Part shown: one piece after another, positions 19,224 through 29,239 of the stretch
Numbering within the stretch: the first letter of the stretch is position 1
Layout: each line of letters opens with the position of its first letter
Assembly (NCBI GenBank): GCA_963754315.1
Contig: CAVWFS010000009.1
Location: 1-64,000, forward strand
Direction of reading: 5' to 3'
DNA from: an uncultured Candidatus Rokubacteria bacterium
Lineage (GTDB): Bacteria > Methylomirabilota > Methylomirabilia > Rokubacteriales > CSP1-6
Length of the DNA stretch: 64,000 bases
Program-made: the position numbers and the translations under genes
Notes under the pieces: generated by a model
What the model was told of the DNA's origin: nothing
Databases searched by the model: none
Seen by the model: the letters and a program-made list of their open reading frames with translations, nothing else

Positions 19224-20006
19224 CTACTTGCGGAACCGGCCAAAATTCACGGGGCGCTTCTCGACGAAGGCGTTGCGACCCTCCATGGCTTCTTCGGTCT
19301 GGTAGTAAAGGTTGAGGGCCGTGTGGGCGAACTGGGCCACGCCGGCCCGCTGCTCGGAGTCGATGTTGAAGGACTGCTTGGCCAGGGCGAGGGCGGTCGG
19401 GCTCTTCTCGAGCAGCTCACGGCACCATTGCTCGACCTCGGATCTCAGGTCCTTGAGCGGGACGACCTTGTTGACGAGCCCCATGGCCAGGGCCTCGCTG
19501 GCCGAGTACTGCCGGCACATGTACCAGATCTCGCGGGCCTTCTTCTCCCCGACGATGCGGGCCAGGACCCCGGTGCCGTGCCCGGCATCCACGCTGCCCA
19601 CCCGCGGACCGGTCTGGCCGAAGATGGCCGTGTCGGCGGCGATGGACAGGTCGCACAGCACGTGCAGGACGTGCCCGCCCCCTACCGCGAAGCCGTTCAC
19701 CATGGCGATCACCGGCTTCGGGATGTGACGGATCGCGCTGTGCAAGGCCTCTACGTCCATGGGGCGCTCCTCCGTGGCGTAGCCGCTCTGACCACGCTCC
19801 TTCTGGTCGCCGCCGGAGCAGAAGGCCTTGTCGCCGGCGCCGGTGAGCACGACCACGCCGATGGAAGGGTCCCAGCGGGCGTCCTCGAAGGCCTCGGTCA
19901 GCTCGCGCACCGTGCGGGTGCGAAACGCGTTGCGAACCTGGGGGCGATTGATGGTCACCCAGGCCACGCCCTCTTTCTTATCGTAGAGAATGTCCGTGTA
20001 GGCCAT
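19224..20006 (-). CDS. badI: 2-ketocyclohexanecarboxyl-CoA hydrolase (BadI/MenB family)
   Basis: [37 protein letters not shown] (GSVD as in BadI, not MenB GSFD), GEKKAREIW; gene context. Confidence 0.72.
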   Translation of the reverse strand: MAYTDILYDKKEGVAWVTINRPQVRNAFRTRTVRELTEAFEDARWDPSIGVVVLTGAGDKAFCSGGDQKERGQSGYATEERPMDVEALHSAIRHIPKPVIAMVNGFAVGGGHVLHVLCDLSIAADTAIFGQTGPRVGSVDAGHGTGVLARIVGEKKAREIWYMCRQYSASEALAMGLVNKVVPLKDLRSEVEQWCRELLEKSPTALALAKQSFNIDSEQRAGVAQFAHTALNLYYQTEEAMEGRNAFVEKRPVNFGRFRK

Positions 20007-20103
20007 GGTGTCTCCTTGTGGTGCCGCGGGCTTGGATATGATCGGATCATAGGGTGGCGGCGCCGGTCTCCGCAAACGAGCACGTGTGGCGAGGGGAAAG
20101 GAC

Positions 20104-21243
20104 ATGATCCAGCTCAGCCAGGAGCAACGTGACGTTCAGGCCATGGTCCGCGCCCTGGCCCAGGAGCAGATCGCGCCGCGCGCCCGAGAATGGGACGAGA
20201 AAGGGGAGTTCCCCGAGGAGTTGCGCACGCTCTTGACCCAGCATCAGCTCCTGGTGATGTACGTGCCCGAGGCGCTGGGAGGCCTCGGCTTCGACCTGAC
20301 GACTCAGTGTCTCGTCCTCGAGGAGATCGCCAAGGCCGACGGCACGGCCGCGGTGACCCTCCAGGATCAGGGCACCTCCACCCACTTCCTTCTTAACGCT
20401 TGTGCGCCCGAGCAGCGCGCGGCTTTGCTTCAGGAGCTGCGGACCAGGCAGCTCCTGGTCGCGTTCTGCCTGAGCGAGCCCGGCTCCGGCTCTGACGCCG
20501 GCGGGCTCCAGACGCGGGCGCAGCGGGCGGGCGATCACTACGTGCTGAACGGGCAGAAGACCTGGGTGACCAACGGCGGGCCGGCCGAGTGGTACATCGT
20601 GTTTGCCCTCACCGATCCAGCCAAGCGGACTCGCGGCGGCATTTCGGCGTTTCTGGTGGACCGGGATGCGCCAGGTGTCGCCATCGGCAAGCCGATGAAG
20701 AAGATGGGCCTCCGTGCCTCCGCCACCGTGGACCTTTTCCTGGACAACGTCCGCGTGCCGGCCGACCGTTTGCTCGGCGCCGAGGGTGAAGCGTTCCGCT
20801 ACGGGATGAAGACGTTCGAGGCCTCGCGCCCCCAGATCGCGACCCTCGGCCTTGGCTTGGCGGAGGGGGCCTTCGAGTACGCGCGCACGTATGCGAAGGA
20901 GCGCCAGGCCTTCGGCCGCCCGATCGCCGAGTTCCAGGCGATCCAGTTCCTGCTCGCCGACATGGCCACCCAGATCGAGGCCTCGCGTCTGCTCATCTAC
21001 CAGTGCACCGAGATGTATGACGCCGGCCTGTCCGACATCACCTACCGGGCCTCGCTCGCCAAGCTCTTCGCGACCGACACCGCCATGCGGGTCACCACCG
21101 ATGCCGTGCAGATCCTGGGGGGAGCAGGCTATATCAACGAGCATCCGGTGGAGCGGATGATGCGCGATGCCAAGGTGACGCAGATCTTCGAGGGGACCAA
21201 CCAGATCCAGCGGTTGATCATCGCCCGCCACCTCCTGCAGTGA
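20104..21243 (+). CDS. acyl-CoA dehydrogenase (AliB-like by context)
   Basis: [48 protein letters not shown]. Confidence 0.92.
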   Translation: MIQLSQEQRDVQAMVRALAQEQIAPRAREWDEKGEFPEELRTLLTQHQLLVMYVPEALGGLGFDLTTQCLVLEEIAKADGTAAVTLQDQGTSTHFLLNACAPEQRAALLQELRTRQLLVAFCLSEPGSGSDAGGLQTRAQRAGDHYVLNGQKTWVTNGGPAEWYIVFALTDPAKRTRGGISAFLVDRDAPGVAIGKPMKKMGLRASATVDLFLDNVRVPADRLLGAEGEAFRYGMKTFEASRPQIATLGLGLAEGAFEYARTYAKERQAFGRPIAEFQAIQFLLADMATQIEASRLLIYQCTEMYDAGLSDITYRASLAKLFATDTAMRVTTDAVQILGGAGYINEHPVERMMRDAKVTQIFEGTNQIQRLIIARHLLQ

Positions 21244-21261
21244 CGGGCTCGTTGACGAGCG

Positions 21262-21654
21262 TCAGTCCGGCGTGATCACGGCCATGCCGCCCGCGACCTG
21301 GATGGCGCCATCCAGGTCGTCGACGCCGAGCACGATGTGCCCGCGCGCGGTCGCATAGACTGAATCGATGTTGATCCCCGCCGTCGCCATCACGAGCGCC
21401 ACGTCGCCCAGCATGCCGGGCTCGTCCAGCACGCGGACAACGAGAACCTCGCGCTGGGTGTAGACGATCCCGGCCTCCTCCAGGGCCCGGGCGGCGAGCT
21501 CGGGCTCGCTCGGAACAACTTGAACGACGGCCCGTTCTGCGCGGACCGTACCCAGGATCGCTTCGATGTTGACACGGGCGTCGCCCAGGACCGCCCCGAG
21601 CCGGGCCAGGGCCCCGGGGGTGTTCGGCAACATCACCGTGAACTCGGTGGTCAT
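21262..21654 (-). CDS. tandem ACT-domain protein
   Basis: LPNTPGALARL...VNIEAI and LDEPGMLGDV...GINIDSVY. Confidence 0.85.
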   Translation of the reverse strand: MTTEFTVMLPNTPGALARLGAVLGDARVNIEAILGTVRAERAVVQVVPSEPELAARALEEAGIVYTQREVLVVRVLDEPGMLGDVALVMATAGINIDSVYATARGHIVLGVDDLDGAIQVAGGMAVITPD

Positions 21655-21766
21655 GGATTCTCAGTAGACTAGCACCAGCACAACCGTGCTTCCTGAGCTA
21701 TAGTGCTCGCACGACCCTTCGGCAGAGGCCACCTTCGAGATGCGTCGGCGCCGACGCAAGGAGGAC

Positions 21767-22237
21767 ATGATGGCCACCTTCACTCTGAGGGTGAACGGCG
21801 AGACCAGGTCGGTGTCGGTCGAACCGGACACGCCCCTCCTCTACGTGCTCAGGAACGATCTGGAGCTCAACGGCCCCAAGTTCGGGTGTGGCCTGGCGCA
21901 GTGCGGCGCCTGTACGGTCCTGGTGGACGGCAAGCCGGTCCGTTCGTGCGTCGCCCCGGTATCTGCCGTGAGCAAGGGCCGCATCACGACCATCGAGGGC
22001 CTGGGCACGGTCGACCGCCTCCATCCGCTCCAGCGCGCCTTCATCGAGGAGCAGGCCTGCCAGTGCGGCTTCTGCGGCAACGGCATGGTCATGTCGGCCA
22101 AGGCGCTGCTCGACCGCAACCCGCGACCGAGTGCCGCTGACGTCAAGCAGGCGCTCAACGGCCATCTGTGCCGCTGCGCCTCGCACAACCGCATTGTCCG
22201 TGCCGTCCAGCGCGCGGCCCAGGAGATGCGATCATGA
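21767..22237 (+). CDS. (2Fe-2S)-binding small subunit of a molybdenum hydroxylase
   Basis: KFGCGLAQCGACTV, QCGFCGNG, LCRCASH. Confidence 0.93.
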   Translation: MMATFTLRVNGETRSVSVEPDTPLLYVLRNDLELNGPKFGCGLAQCGACTVLVDGKPVRSCVAPVSAVSKGRITTIEGLGTVDRLHPLQRAFIEEQACQCGFCGNGMVMSAKALLDRNPRPSAADVKQALNGHLCRCASHNRIVRAVQRAAQEMRS

Positions 22238-24457
22238 GCGCGCCTGGGAAGGCCTCGCGCCGCGACTTCCTCAAGGCGAGCGGCGGCCTCGTCATCGGCT
22301 TCGCGCTCGCTCCACCTCTGGGGTACGCGCAGGACAAACCGGCCCCACTCCCGGGTAGCCTCAACGCGAACCGCATGCTCGACGCGTGGCTGCGCATCGA
22401 TCCAAACGGCACGGTGACGATCTTTACCGGCAAGATCGAGCTGGGGCAGGGCATTGGCACCGCGCTGGCGCAGATCGCCGCCGACGAGCTCGACGTGGAC
22501 ATGAAGCGAATCGAGATTGTCGCTGGTGACACCGCGCGCACGCCAAACGAGGGTCAGACCGCAGGGAGCTTGTCGGTGGAGCAAAGCGGAACGGCTCTCC
22601 GCTTCGCCTGCGCCGAAGCGCGCCACATTTTGGTTTCTGCCGCCGCCGAGAAACTCTCGGTGCCGGCCGCCGAGCTCGTGGTGAAAGACGGCACCGTCAG
22701 CGCGCCGAGCGGTGCAACCTCGACGTACTGGCAGCTCGCCGGCGATGCGAATCTCAAACGCGAGGCCACGGCCAAGGTCAAGCCCAAGGCCCCTGCCGAG
22801 TACCGATGGATCGGCCAGAGCATCAGCCGTCGCGACATCCCCAAGAAGTTCACCGGCGGCGCCGCCTATGTGCAGGACGTACGCCTGCCCGGCATGCTTT
22901 TCGGTCGGGTGGTGCGACCGCCGTCGCCCGAGAGCTCAACTGCTGTCAGTCGACGAGGCTCCTGTGCGACGCCTGCCGGGAGTGGTCGCGGTCGTTCGTG
23001 ACGGGAGCTTCCTGGCCGTGGCCGCCGAGCGCGAAGAGCAAGCCATTCGCGCGCGCGAGGCCCTCAAGCAGAGCGCGCGCTGGGCGCAGACGGCCTCCCT
23101 GCCGCCGTCCGGCGACGGCTTGTACCGCCATCTGATGGGGTCGTCGGTTCCTGCCCAGACGGTAGTGGAGAAGACCACGGTCGCCGCGGCCCCTGTGAAG
23201 GTACTCGAAGCGCTCTACACACGCCCGTACCAGTGCCACGCCTCGCTCGGCCCGTCATGCGCGGTTGCCCAGTGGCAAGACGGCAAGCTGACCGTATGGA
23301 CCCACAGCCAGGGCGTGTTCCCATTGCGGGCCGACCTCGTCAAGGTGTTTGGTCTGAAGGCACAGGACATCCGCTGTATCCACGCCGAAGGCGCCGGATG
23401 CTATGGCCACAACGGCGCCGACGACGTGGCCCTCGATGCGGCGCTCCTGGCGCGTGCCACGGGTGGGCGGCCGGTGAAGCTCTCGTGGATGCGTGACGAC
23501 GAGTTCATGTGGGAGCCGTACGGCTCGCCCATGGTGATGAAACTCTCGGGCGGTATCGATGCCCAGGGCAACGTGGTCACCTGGTCACACGAAGTCTGGA
23601 GCTACCCGCACAGCACTCGCCCCGGCGCCTCGGCCGGCCCGAATCTGCTCGCGGCCCGGCACCTGGCTCAGCCTCAGGAGCCTGGGCTCCCGGCGGATAT
23701 TCCGCAGCCGACCGGGGGAGCAGCCCGCAACGCCGTTCCTCTGTACGACTTCCCCGTCGTCAAGGTGGTCAAGCACTACATTGCCGAGGCGCCGCTGCGC
23801 ACCTCGGCCCTGCGCACCCTCGGCGGCTACGCGAACGTGTTCGCCCTCGAGTCGTTCGTCGACGAAATGGCGGCCGCGGCCGGCACCGACCCGGTGGAGT
23901 TCCGGCTCCGGTACCTGAAGGATCCGCGCGCCCGGGCGGTGGTCGAGGCTGCCGCCAAGCGCGCGGGCTGGCGTCCGGCGGCGAGAGGTGACGGCAAGCG
24001 CGGTCGCGGGTTCGCCTTCTCCAGGTACAAGAATCTCGGCTGCTACTGTGCGCTGGCCGCCGACGTCGAGGTGGATCGCCCATCGGGCCGGATCCGGGTC
24101 GCCCGTGTGGTGGCCGCGGTGGATGCGGGCCAGATCGTCAACCCGGACGGGGTGATCAACCAGATCGAGGGGGGCATCGTCCAGTCCACGAGCTGGACCT
24201 TGAAGGAGTCACTGGGGTTCGATCGGACTCGGGTGACGACCCGATCGTGGGCCGAGTATCCGATCCTGCGCTTTGACGAGGTGCCGGAGGTCGACGTCGT
24301 GCTGCTCGATCAGCCTGATCAGCGCTCTCTCGGCGTCGGAGAGGGCTCGCAGGGCCCGACGGCAGCCGCCATCGCCAACGCGATCGCCAACGCCACCGGC
24401 AAGCGGCTACGCGCGCTGCCCTTCGAGCCGGCGCGGGTCAAACAGGCCATGGCCTGA
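22234..24457 (+). CDS. xanthine dehydrogenase-family molybdopterin subunit (nicotinate/isoquinoline type) with Tat signal, frameshift near 22930
   Basis: SRRDFLK, GKIELGQG, GAGCYGHNGADD, LRTLGGYAN, NQIEGG, GVGEG; ORFs 22168..23001 and 22712..24457 join. Confidence 0.88.
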
Positions 24458-24650
24458 GCAGGTCGTGGGTTGTTGAATGGGGATGTCCCCAGCCTTCGCT
24501 CCGCGCAGAATCTTGTCCACGATCTCGGCGGCCGACCGCTGGTTGTCGGCGAACTTGAAGCCGTAGCACATCAGTCCACCCAGCGCCGCGAAGTCCCCCA
24601 TGTCTGAGATGGTGGGGAGTCTGTGTTTCAAGGCGAGGTCCGCTACCGGC
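24455..24650 (-). pseudogene. fragment of an ABC_sub_bind-type substrate-binding protein
   Basis: LALKHRLPTI...GGLMCYG...VDKILRGAKAGDIPIQQPT; N-terminal part and normal C-terminus absent. Confidence 0.65.
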
Positions 24651-24675
24651 CGTCAGAGCGGAAAAATCTACGATC

Positions 24676-24711
24676 GCTTACAAAAAATTGCCTGGCTTAC
24701 AAGAACTTGCC
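24676..24711. repeat. AT-rich tandem direct repeat, 17-bp unit, 19-bp period
   Basis: GCTTACAAAAAATTGCC (24676-24692) and GCTTACAAGAACTTGCC (24695-24711). Confidence 0.6.
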
Positions 24712-24752
24712 GGCTGCGGGCCCGGGAGGTATGGGGTGCCTAGTGCGCTGGT

Positions 24753-25136
24753 CTAGCGCTCCGTGGCCCGCTTGCGAGGGGCCGCGGACCACGTGATCGC
24801 GAAGCCGAAACTGGGCCAGCCGTTGATCTCTCGGTAGTCGGGACCCTGTGGCGAATTCGGCGCGGTCCAGCCGGCTAGACCATAGCGACCCGTCTCGGTC
24901 TTGACGGACGCGCTCTCGAAGAATGCAGGGTCGTGAATGACGCCACTCGTGCTCGGGTGGTACTCGGCGTCAGCGGGTCGGCTCCTGGTTGGCTCGGTCG
25001 TCGGTGCGATGATCCCCAGCTCGCGCTCGAGAGGCGTCTGGATCTTCACATCCTGAGCCGTTGCCGGAAGGGCAAACACCGCGACAACGCCCAGCGCCAC
25101 CACTAACCTAGCCAACCGTGTCATCTTTGTATTCAT
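24753..25136 (-). CDS. secreted hypothetical protein
   Basis: Signal peptide MNTKMTRLARLVVALGVVAVFALPATA-Q; C-terminal beta-strand WPSFGFAITW. Confidence 0.7.
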   Translation of the reverse strand: MNTKMTRLARLVVALGVVAVFALPATAQDVKIQTPLERELGIIAPTTEPTRSRPADAEYHPSTSGVIHDPAFFESASVKTETGRYGLAGWTAPNSPQGPDYREINGWPSFGFAITWSAAPRKRATER

Positions 25137-25180
25137 CTCTCCGCCCATCCCGTGGCTCGTCCCCACGCGATTTCTTGAGT

Positions 25181-25197
25181 AGCACTATGCGTGCCAG
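25181..25197 (-). promoter_or_regulatory. sigma54 (-24/-12) promoter
   Basis: Minus strand CTGGCACG-CATA-GTGCT; GG-N10-GC spacing exact; ~45 bp upstream of ATG 25136. Confidence 0.6.
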
Positions 25198-25486
25198 TGA
25201 GGGAAAGCTAAGCAGAAGGGGGTTTCCGGGCTTACCAATTCCGTAGGTCGCGGCGTTCTGCCCGATGCGCCCGCCCGCGCCTGCTGCTTTGCCCGGGACG
25301 GGCTTCGGGCCGACTAAGACCCTCAGGCAGGGGCCCCAGTCCCGTGCCCGCGGCCGGAATCGGAATTCCCGCATGAAGTCAGGCACTTTGCCCTGCTGGC
25401 CGCGAAAGGCAGGGCTCGCGGCTCGATCCGTCTGCGCATTGCCTTCCGTCACGCGCGCGTGGCAGTCTACTCCTTGGGAGGCACCC

Positions 25487-26422
25487 ATGGCGCACGTGCT
25501 CTTCATCCACGGCCTCGACAACAAGCCCGAAGCCGACTACCTCTCCCAGCTCTGGAAACGCAAGCTGTCCCACGAGGATGGGCCGGATCTCGACGGGAGC
25601 GGCATCACCTCGGCCATGGCCTACTGGGCCGACGTGTTCTACGCATCTCCCGACACTAATCTGGCTGCGTACGAGAGTGCCGCCGGCGACATCGAGACCC
25701 TGGACGAAGGACCCACCCCGCCCATCGACCTCGATCGGGCTCCGCGCGATCACGCGGCGCGGGTGCGACGCCTGGCCGACAAGGTCGGGGTCGATCCGGA
25801 GGCGCCGAGTGACTACGGGCCGAGCGCCGCGGAGGTGGCGGCCGTGCGGCAGGAGCGGGTGCCGGTTCCGGAGTGGCTGCGCAAGCGCGTCATGTCCCGC
25901 TTCGTGCGCGACGCCCACCACTATTTCTACAATCAGGAGTGCACGCCGCGGGAAGGATGCCGCTACCTCGCGCGCGACGAGATGCGCAAGCGTGTTCTGG
26001 ATGGCCTCAAGGCCGGGGCTGCCCAGCGTCCCCTGGTGGTGGTGTCCCACAGCATGGGCACGATCATGGCCTACGACTGCTTGATGCACGAGCCTGACTG
26101 TCCCGAGGTCGACGGGTTGATGACGGTCGGCAGCCCGCTCGGGCTCGACGAAGTGCAGGACTTCTTCCCGTCGTGGTCGCGCGTCAACGGGTTCCCATCG
26201 GCGAAGCTCAAGGGGGCCTGGGTGAACGTCTACGACCCGCTGGACGTGGTGGCCGGGTTCGATCCACGGTTCGCCGGTGACTTCATGCGCAACGGGCTGC
26301 CCGTCGTCGAGGACGTGCGCGAGGACAACTGGGGGACGTGGCGGCATAGCATCAGCAAATATCTACAGGGCAAGCTGCTGCGCGGCCAGCTCGCCAAGAT
26401 GCTGAAGCTCGACTGGACATGA
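25487..26422 (+). CDS. alpha/beta-hydrolase (lipase-like)
   Basis: GGAGG RBS; FIHGL oxyanion motif, VSHSMG nucleophile, TVGSPLG, NVYDPLDVV, WRHSISKYL. Confidence 0.85.
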   Translation: MAHVLFIHGLDNKPEADYLSQLWKRKLSHEDGPDLDGSGITSAMAYWADVFYASPDTNLAAYESAAGDIETLDEGPTPPIDLDRAPRDHAARVRRLADKVGVDPEAPSDYGPSAAEVAAVRQERVPVPEWLRKRVMSRFVRDAHHYFYNQECTPREGCRYLARDEMRKRVLDGLKAGAAQRPLVVVSHSMGTIMAYDCLMHEPDCPEVDGLMTVGSPLGLDEVQDFFPSWSRVNGFPSAKLKGAWVNVYDPLDVVAGFDPRFAGDFMRNGLPVVEDVREDNWGTWRHSISKYLQGKLLRGQLAKMLKLDWT

Positions 26423-28041
26423 GCGACTTCCCCGACGCCGCCCGCGTGTTGACCGAAGCTGCCAAGCGGCACGACAAGGTCGCCGCCTGGCAGGCCGTCG
26501 GTCAGCTCCTCCCGTGGCTCGGCGATCTTCGTAACGCCGTGGAGCCGAAGGCCACATTCGGCCTGGTCCGCTCGGGAGCGGCCAACAACCGCTGGTTCGA
26601 CATCGCCGAACTGCTGGCCGGGGCGGTGTCTGCCAGAGCCGACGCGCCGGCCGCGCTGCGGCGTCTGCACGCTCAGATGCTGATGGAGCGCGGATTCCAG
26701 GACGAGGCGCTCGCCCGGCTCGAGACCTTGCGCGACGATCGCTCGTTGACGGACTTCGACCGGGGCGAGCTGTTCGGCCACCTCGGCCGGATCCACAAGG
26801 ATCGCTTCATCGCGGCCACCACGGCTGGCGATGCCAGCGCCGCCCGCCAGCATCTGGCCCACGCTGTGGAGGCGTATCAGACGGGGTATCGCGAGGAGCC
26901 GGCGCGGGTGTGGCTCGGGATCAACGCGGCAGCGCTGCTGGCGCGCGACGAGGCGCGCGCGAGCACCCGGAGCGCTGCTGCCGAGGCCCAGGAGCTGGCG
27001 CGGGCGATCCTCGCCGAGGTCTCCCGCCGGGACCCACAGTTCGCCGACTTTTACAGCCGCGCGACCGCCGCCGAGGCACACCTCGCGCTCGGGGACATGG
27101 CGGCCACCCTCGAGCAGTTACGAGAATACGTCAAGCATCCTCGCGTCAACGGCTTCGCCCTCGGGGCCACCCTCCGCCAGTTCGTCGAGATATGGCAGCT
27201 CGACCGCCGCCCACCGCCAGGACCAGCCATGGTCGAGCTGCTGCGAGCGGCCCTCATGGACAAGCAGGACGGTGTCCTCGACATGTCGGGCCGCGAGATT
27301 CGAGAGGCGCGCGCACTGACCTCCGCGCGCTCGCTGGAGGCGGTGTTCGGGACCGACCGCTTCGACTCGGTCGAGAACTATCGCCGGGGACTGGAGCGCT
27401 CGGCGTGCGTGGCGCGGATCGGGCGCAGCGTCGAGACCGGCGTGGGTACGGGGTTCGTGGTGCAGGGCAACCTGCTGAGCGACAAGCTCGACGCGCGCTC
27501 GGTGCTGGTCACCAATGCCCACGTGATCAGCGCCCGCGAGGCGGAGCGCCAGGCGAACGCGGTGCACCCGAGCGAGGCCGTGGTGACCTTTGCCGTGCTC
27601 GACGATGTGGCGCCTACCAAGGAGTTCGGTGTCTCACGCGTGCTGCTGTTCCGTCCTCCAGACGATCTCGACGTCACCGTGGCCGAGTTGACCGAGCCGG
27701 TGTCGCCGCGGGCGGCGCTGCCGGTATCCGCCGTGCTGCCCACGCGCGGCTCGGAGGCGCAGGTCAGAGTCATCGGGCATCCCTCCGGGCGCGGTCTGTC
27801 ATTCTCGAGCGGCCGCTTCCTCGATCACCAGGCGCCCAAGGTGCACTACCGCGCCGCCACCGAGGGCGGCAGCTCGGGCGGGCCGGTGTTCAGCCATGAA
27901 TGGCGGCTGATCGGCGTCCACCACGCCGGGGGCGAGGCGATGCCCAAGCTCAACGGTCAGGCCGGCACCTACGAGGCCAACGAGGGCATCTGGGTCCAGG
28001 CGATCCGGGAAGCATTGGAGCAGGAACTGAAGCGGGGGTGA
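26419..28041 (+). CDS. TPR (MAP3K TRAF-binding/DUF4071-like) domain fused to a trypsin-like serine protease
   Basis: GHLGRIHKD...AVEAYQTGY...LGINAAAL...ATAAEA; protease GTGF, TNAHV, LDV, IGHP, GSSGGPV; ATGA overlap with the hydrolase gene. Confidence 0.85.
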   Translation: MSDFPDAARVLTEAAKRHDKVAAWQAVGQLLPWLGDLRNAVEPKATFGLVRSGAANNRWFDIAELLAGAVSARADAPAALRRLHAQMLMERGFQDEALARLETLRDDRSLTDFDRGELFGHLGRIHKDRFIAATTAGDASAARQHLAHAVEAYQTGYREEPARVWLGINAAALLARDEARASTRSAAAEAQELARAILAEVSRRDPQFADFYSRATAAEAHLALGDMAATLEQLREYVKHPRVNGFALGATLRQFVEIWQLDRRPPPGPAMVELLRAALMDKQDGVLDMSGREIREARALTSARSLEAVFGTDRFDSVENYRRGLERSACVARIGRSVETGVGTGFVVQGNLLSDKLDARSVLVTNAHVISAREAERQANAVHPSEAVVTFAVLDDVAPTKEFGVSRVLLFRPPDDLDVTVAELTEPVSPRAALPVSAVLPTRGSEAQVRVIGHPSGRGLSFSSGRFLDHQAPKVHYRAATEGGSSGGPVFSHEWRLIGVHHAGGEAMPKLNGQAGTYEANEGIWVQAIREALEQELKRG

Positions 28042-28050
28042 GGGGACTCC

Positions 28051-29202
28051 TCAGCGGCCGCCGCCGTAGGTGATGCGGTAGATCCGGCCGGCCTTGTCGT
28101 CCGAGACGAGCAAAGAACCGTCGGCCAGCACGAGCACGTCGGCGGGGCGTCCAGCGGCAACGCCGCCGCGCAGCCACCCAGTGGCGAACGGTTCGTAGGA
28201 CGTCGCGCGTCCGCCTTCGATCTTGACGAAGGTCACCCGGTAGCCGACCGGCGCGGAGCGATTCCACGAGCCGTGCTCGGCGATGAAGACGCCGCCGCGG
28301 TACGCCTCCGGGAACATCCGACCCTCGTAGAAGCGCATGCCGAGCGCCGCCACGTGGGGACCGAGGGCGCGGGCGGGTGGCGTGAACTCACGGCAGGGGC
28401 GCCCCGCATTGAACTCGGGGTCGGGAAGGTCGGCGCCGTGGCAGTAGGGGAACCCGAAGTGCTCCCCCTGGCGAGTCAGGCGGTTCAGCTCATCCGGCGG
28501 CTGATCGTCCCCGAGCCAGTCGCGACCGTTGTCGGTGAACCATAGCTCGCCCGTTCCGGGCTGGAAGTCGAACCCGACGCTGTTGCGCACCCCCCGCGCC
28601 ACCACCTCGGGTGCGCCGCCGGCGAGGTCGAGGCGAGTGATTGTCGCGTGCAAGGGGCCGGGCGGTGTGCACACGTTGCACGGCGCGCCCACGGGCACGT
28701 AGAGGCGGCCATCGGGACCGAACGCGATGAACTTCCACCCATGATGGGTATCGGACGGGTAGGCATTGCTCACGACCCCGACCTTGGGGGGGCGGGTCAG
28801 GTCGCGGGCCACGTCGCGAAGGACGACAATCCGGCTCACCTCGGCCACGTAGAGGTTTCCCTCGCGAAAGGCGATCCCGCTCGGCATGGTCAGACCTTGG
28901 GCCAGTACGTGAACGGCCTCGGCCCGATGATCGCCGTCCGCATCGACCACCGCGTACACCTTGCCCTCGGAGCGCGAGCCGACGAACACGATTCCCCGCG
29001 GACCGGCGGCCATCTGCCGCGCGTTCGGCACGTCGGCCGCATACACGCCGATGCTGAAACCTGGCGGCAAGGTGATATCGCTCGTCTCGGCGGCGCGGCT
29101 GGGCAGAACACCCGTCAGGGCGCCACGGTACCAGCAGCCGACCGCGATGAGCGCGATGAGGACGACGAGAACGACACTGAGGGGCGCGAACGCGCGGCGC
29201 AT
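28051..29202 (-). CDS. PQQ-dependent sugar / sorbosone dehydrogenase family protein
   Basis: Start MRRAFAPL; LPPGFSI, HHGWKFIAFGPDG, GVRNSVG, TDNGRD, HGSWNRS, GRPADV, SDDKAG. Confidence 0.9.
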   Translation of the reverse strand: MRRAFAPLSVVLVVLIALIAVGCWYRGALTGVLPSRAAETSDITLPPGFSIGVYAADVPNARQMAAGPRGIVFVGSRSEGKVYAVVDADGDHRAEAVHVLAQGLTMPSGIAFREGNLYVAEVSRIVVLRDVARDLTRPPKVGVVSNAYPSDTHHGWKFIAFGPDGRLYVPVGAPCNVCTPPGPLHATITRLDLAGGAPEVVARGVRNSVGFDFQPGTGELWFTDNGRDWLGDDQPPDELNRLTRQGEHFGFPYCHGADLPDPEFNAGRPCREFTPPARALGPHVAALGMRFYEGRMFPEAYRGGVFIAEHGSWNRSAPVGYRVTFVKIEGGRATSYEPFATGWLRGGVAAGRPADVLVLADGSLLVSDDKAGRIYRITYGGGR

Positions 29203-29239
29203 ATCCCATTGTGCCTCGCCGGCAGGAGCCGCGCGAGTC

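Noticed and set aside
19224..20006. menB (naphthoate synthase)
   Set aside because: The GSVD motif and aliA/badH-like neighbours favour BadI; no other men genes are present
17760..20132. 790-aa + strand ORF and similar long antisense ORFs (e.g. 50521..52095, 34322..35827, 20047..21231)
   Set aside because: Typical high-GC antisense shadows of well-supported genes; no recognisable motifs
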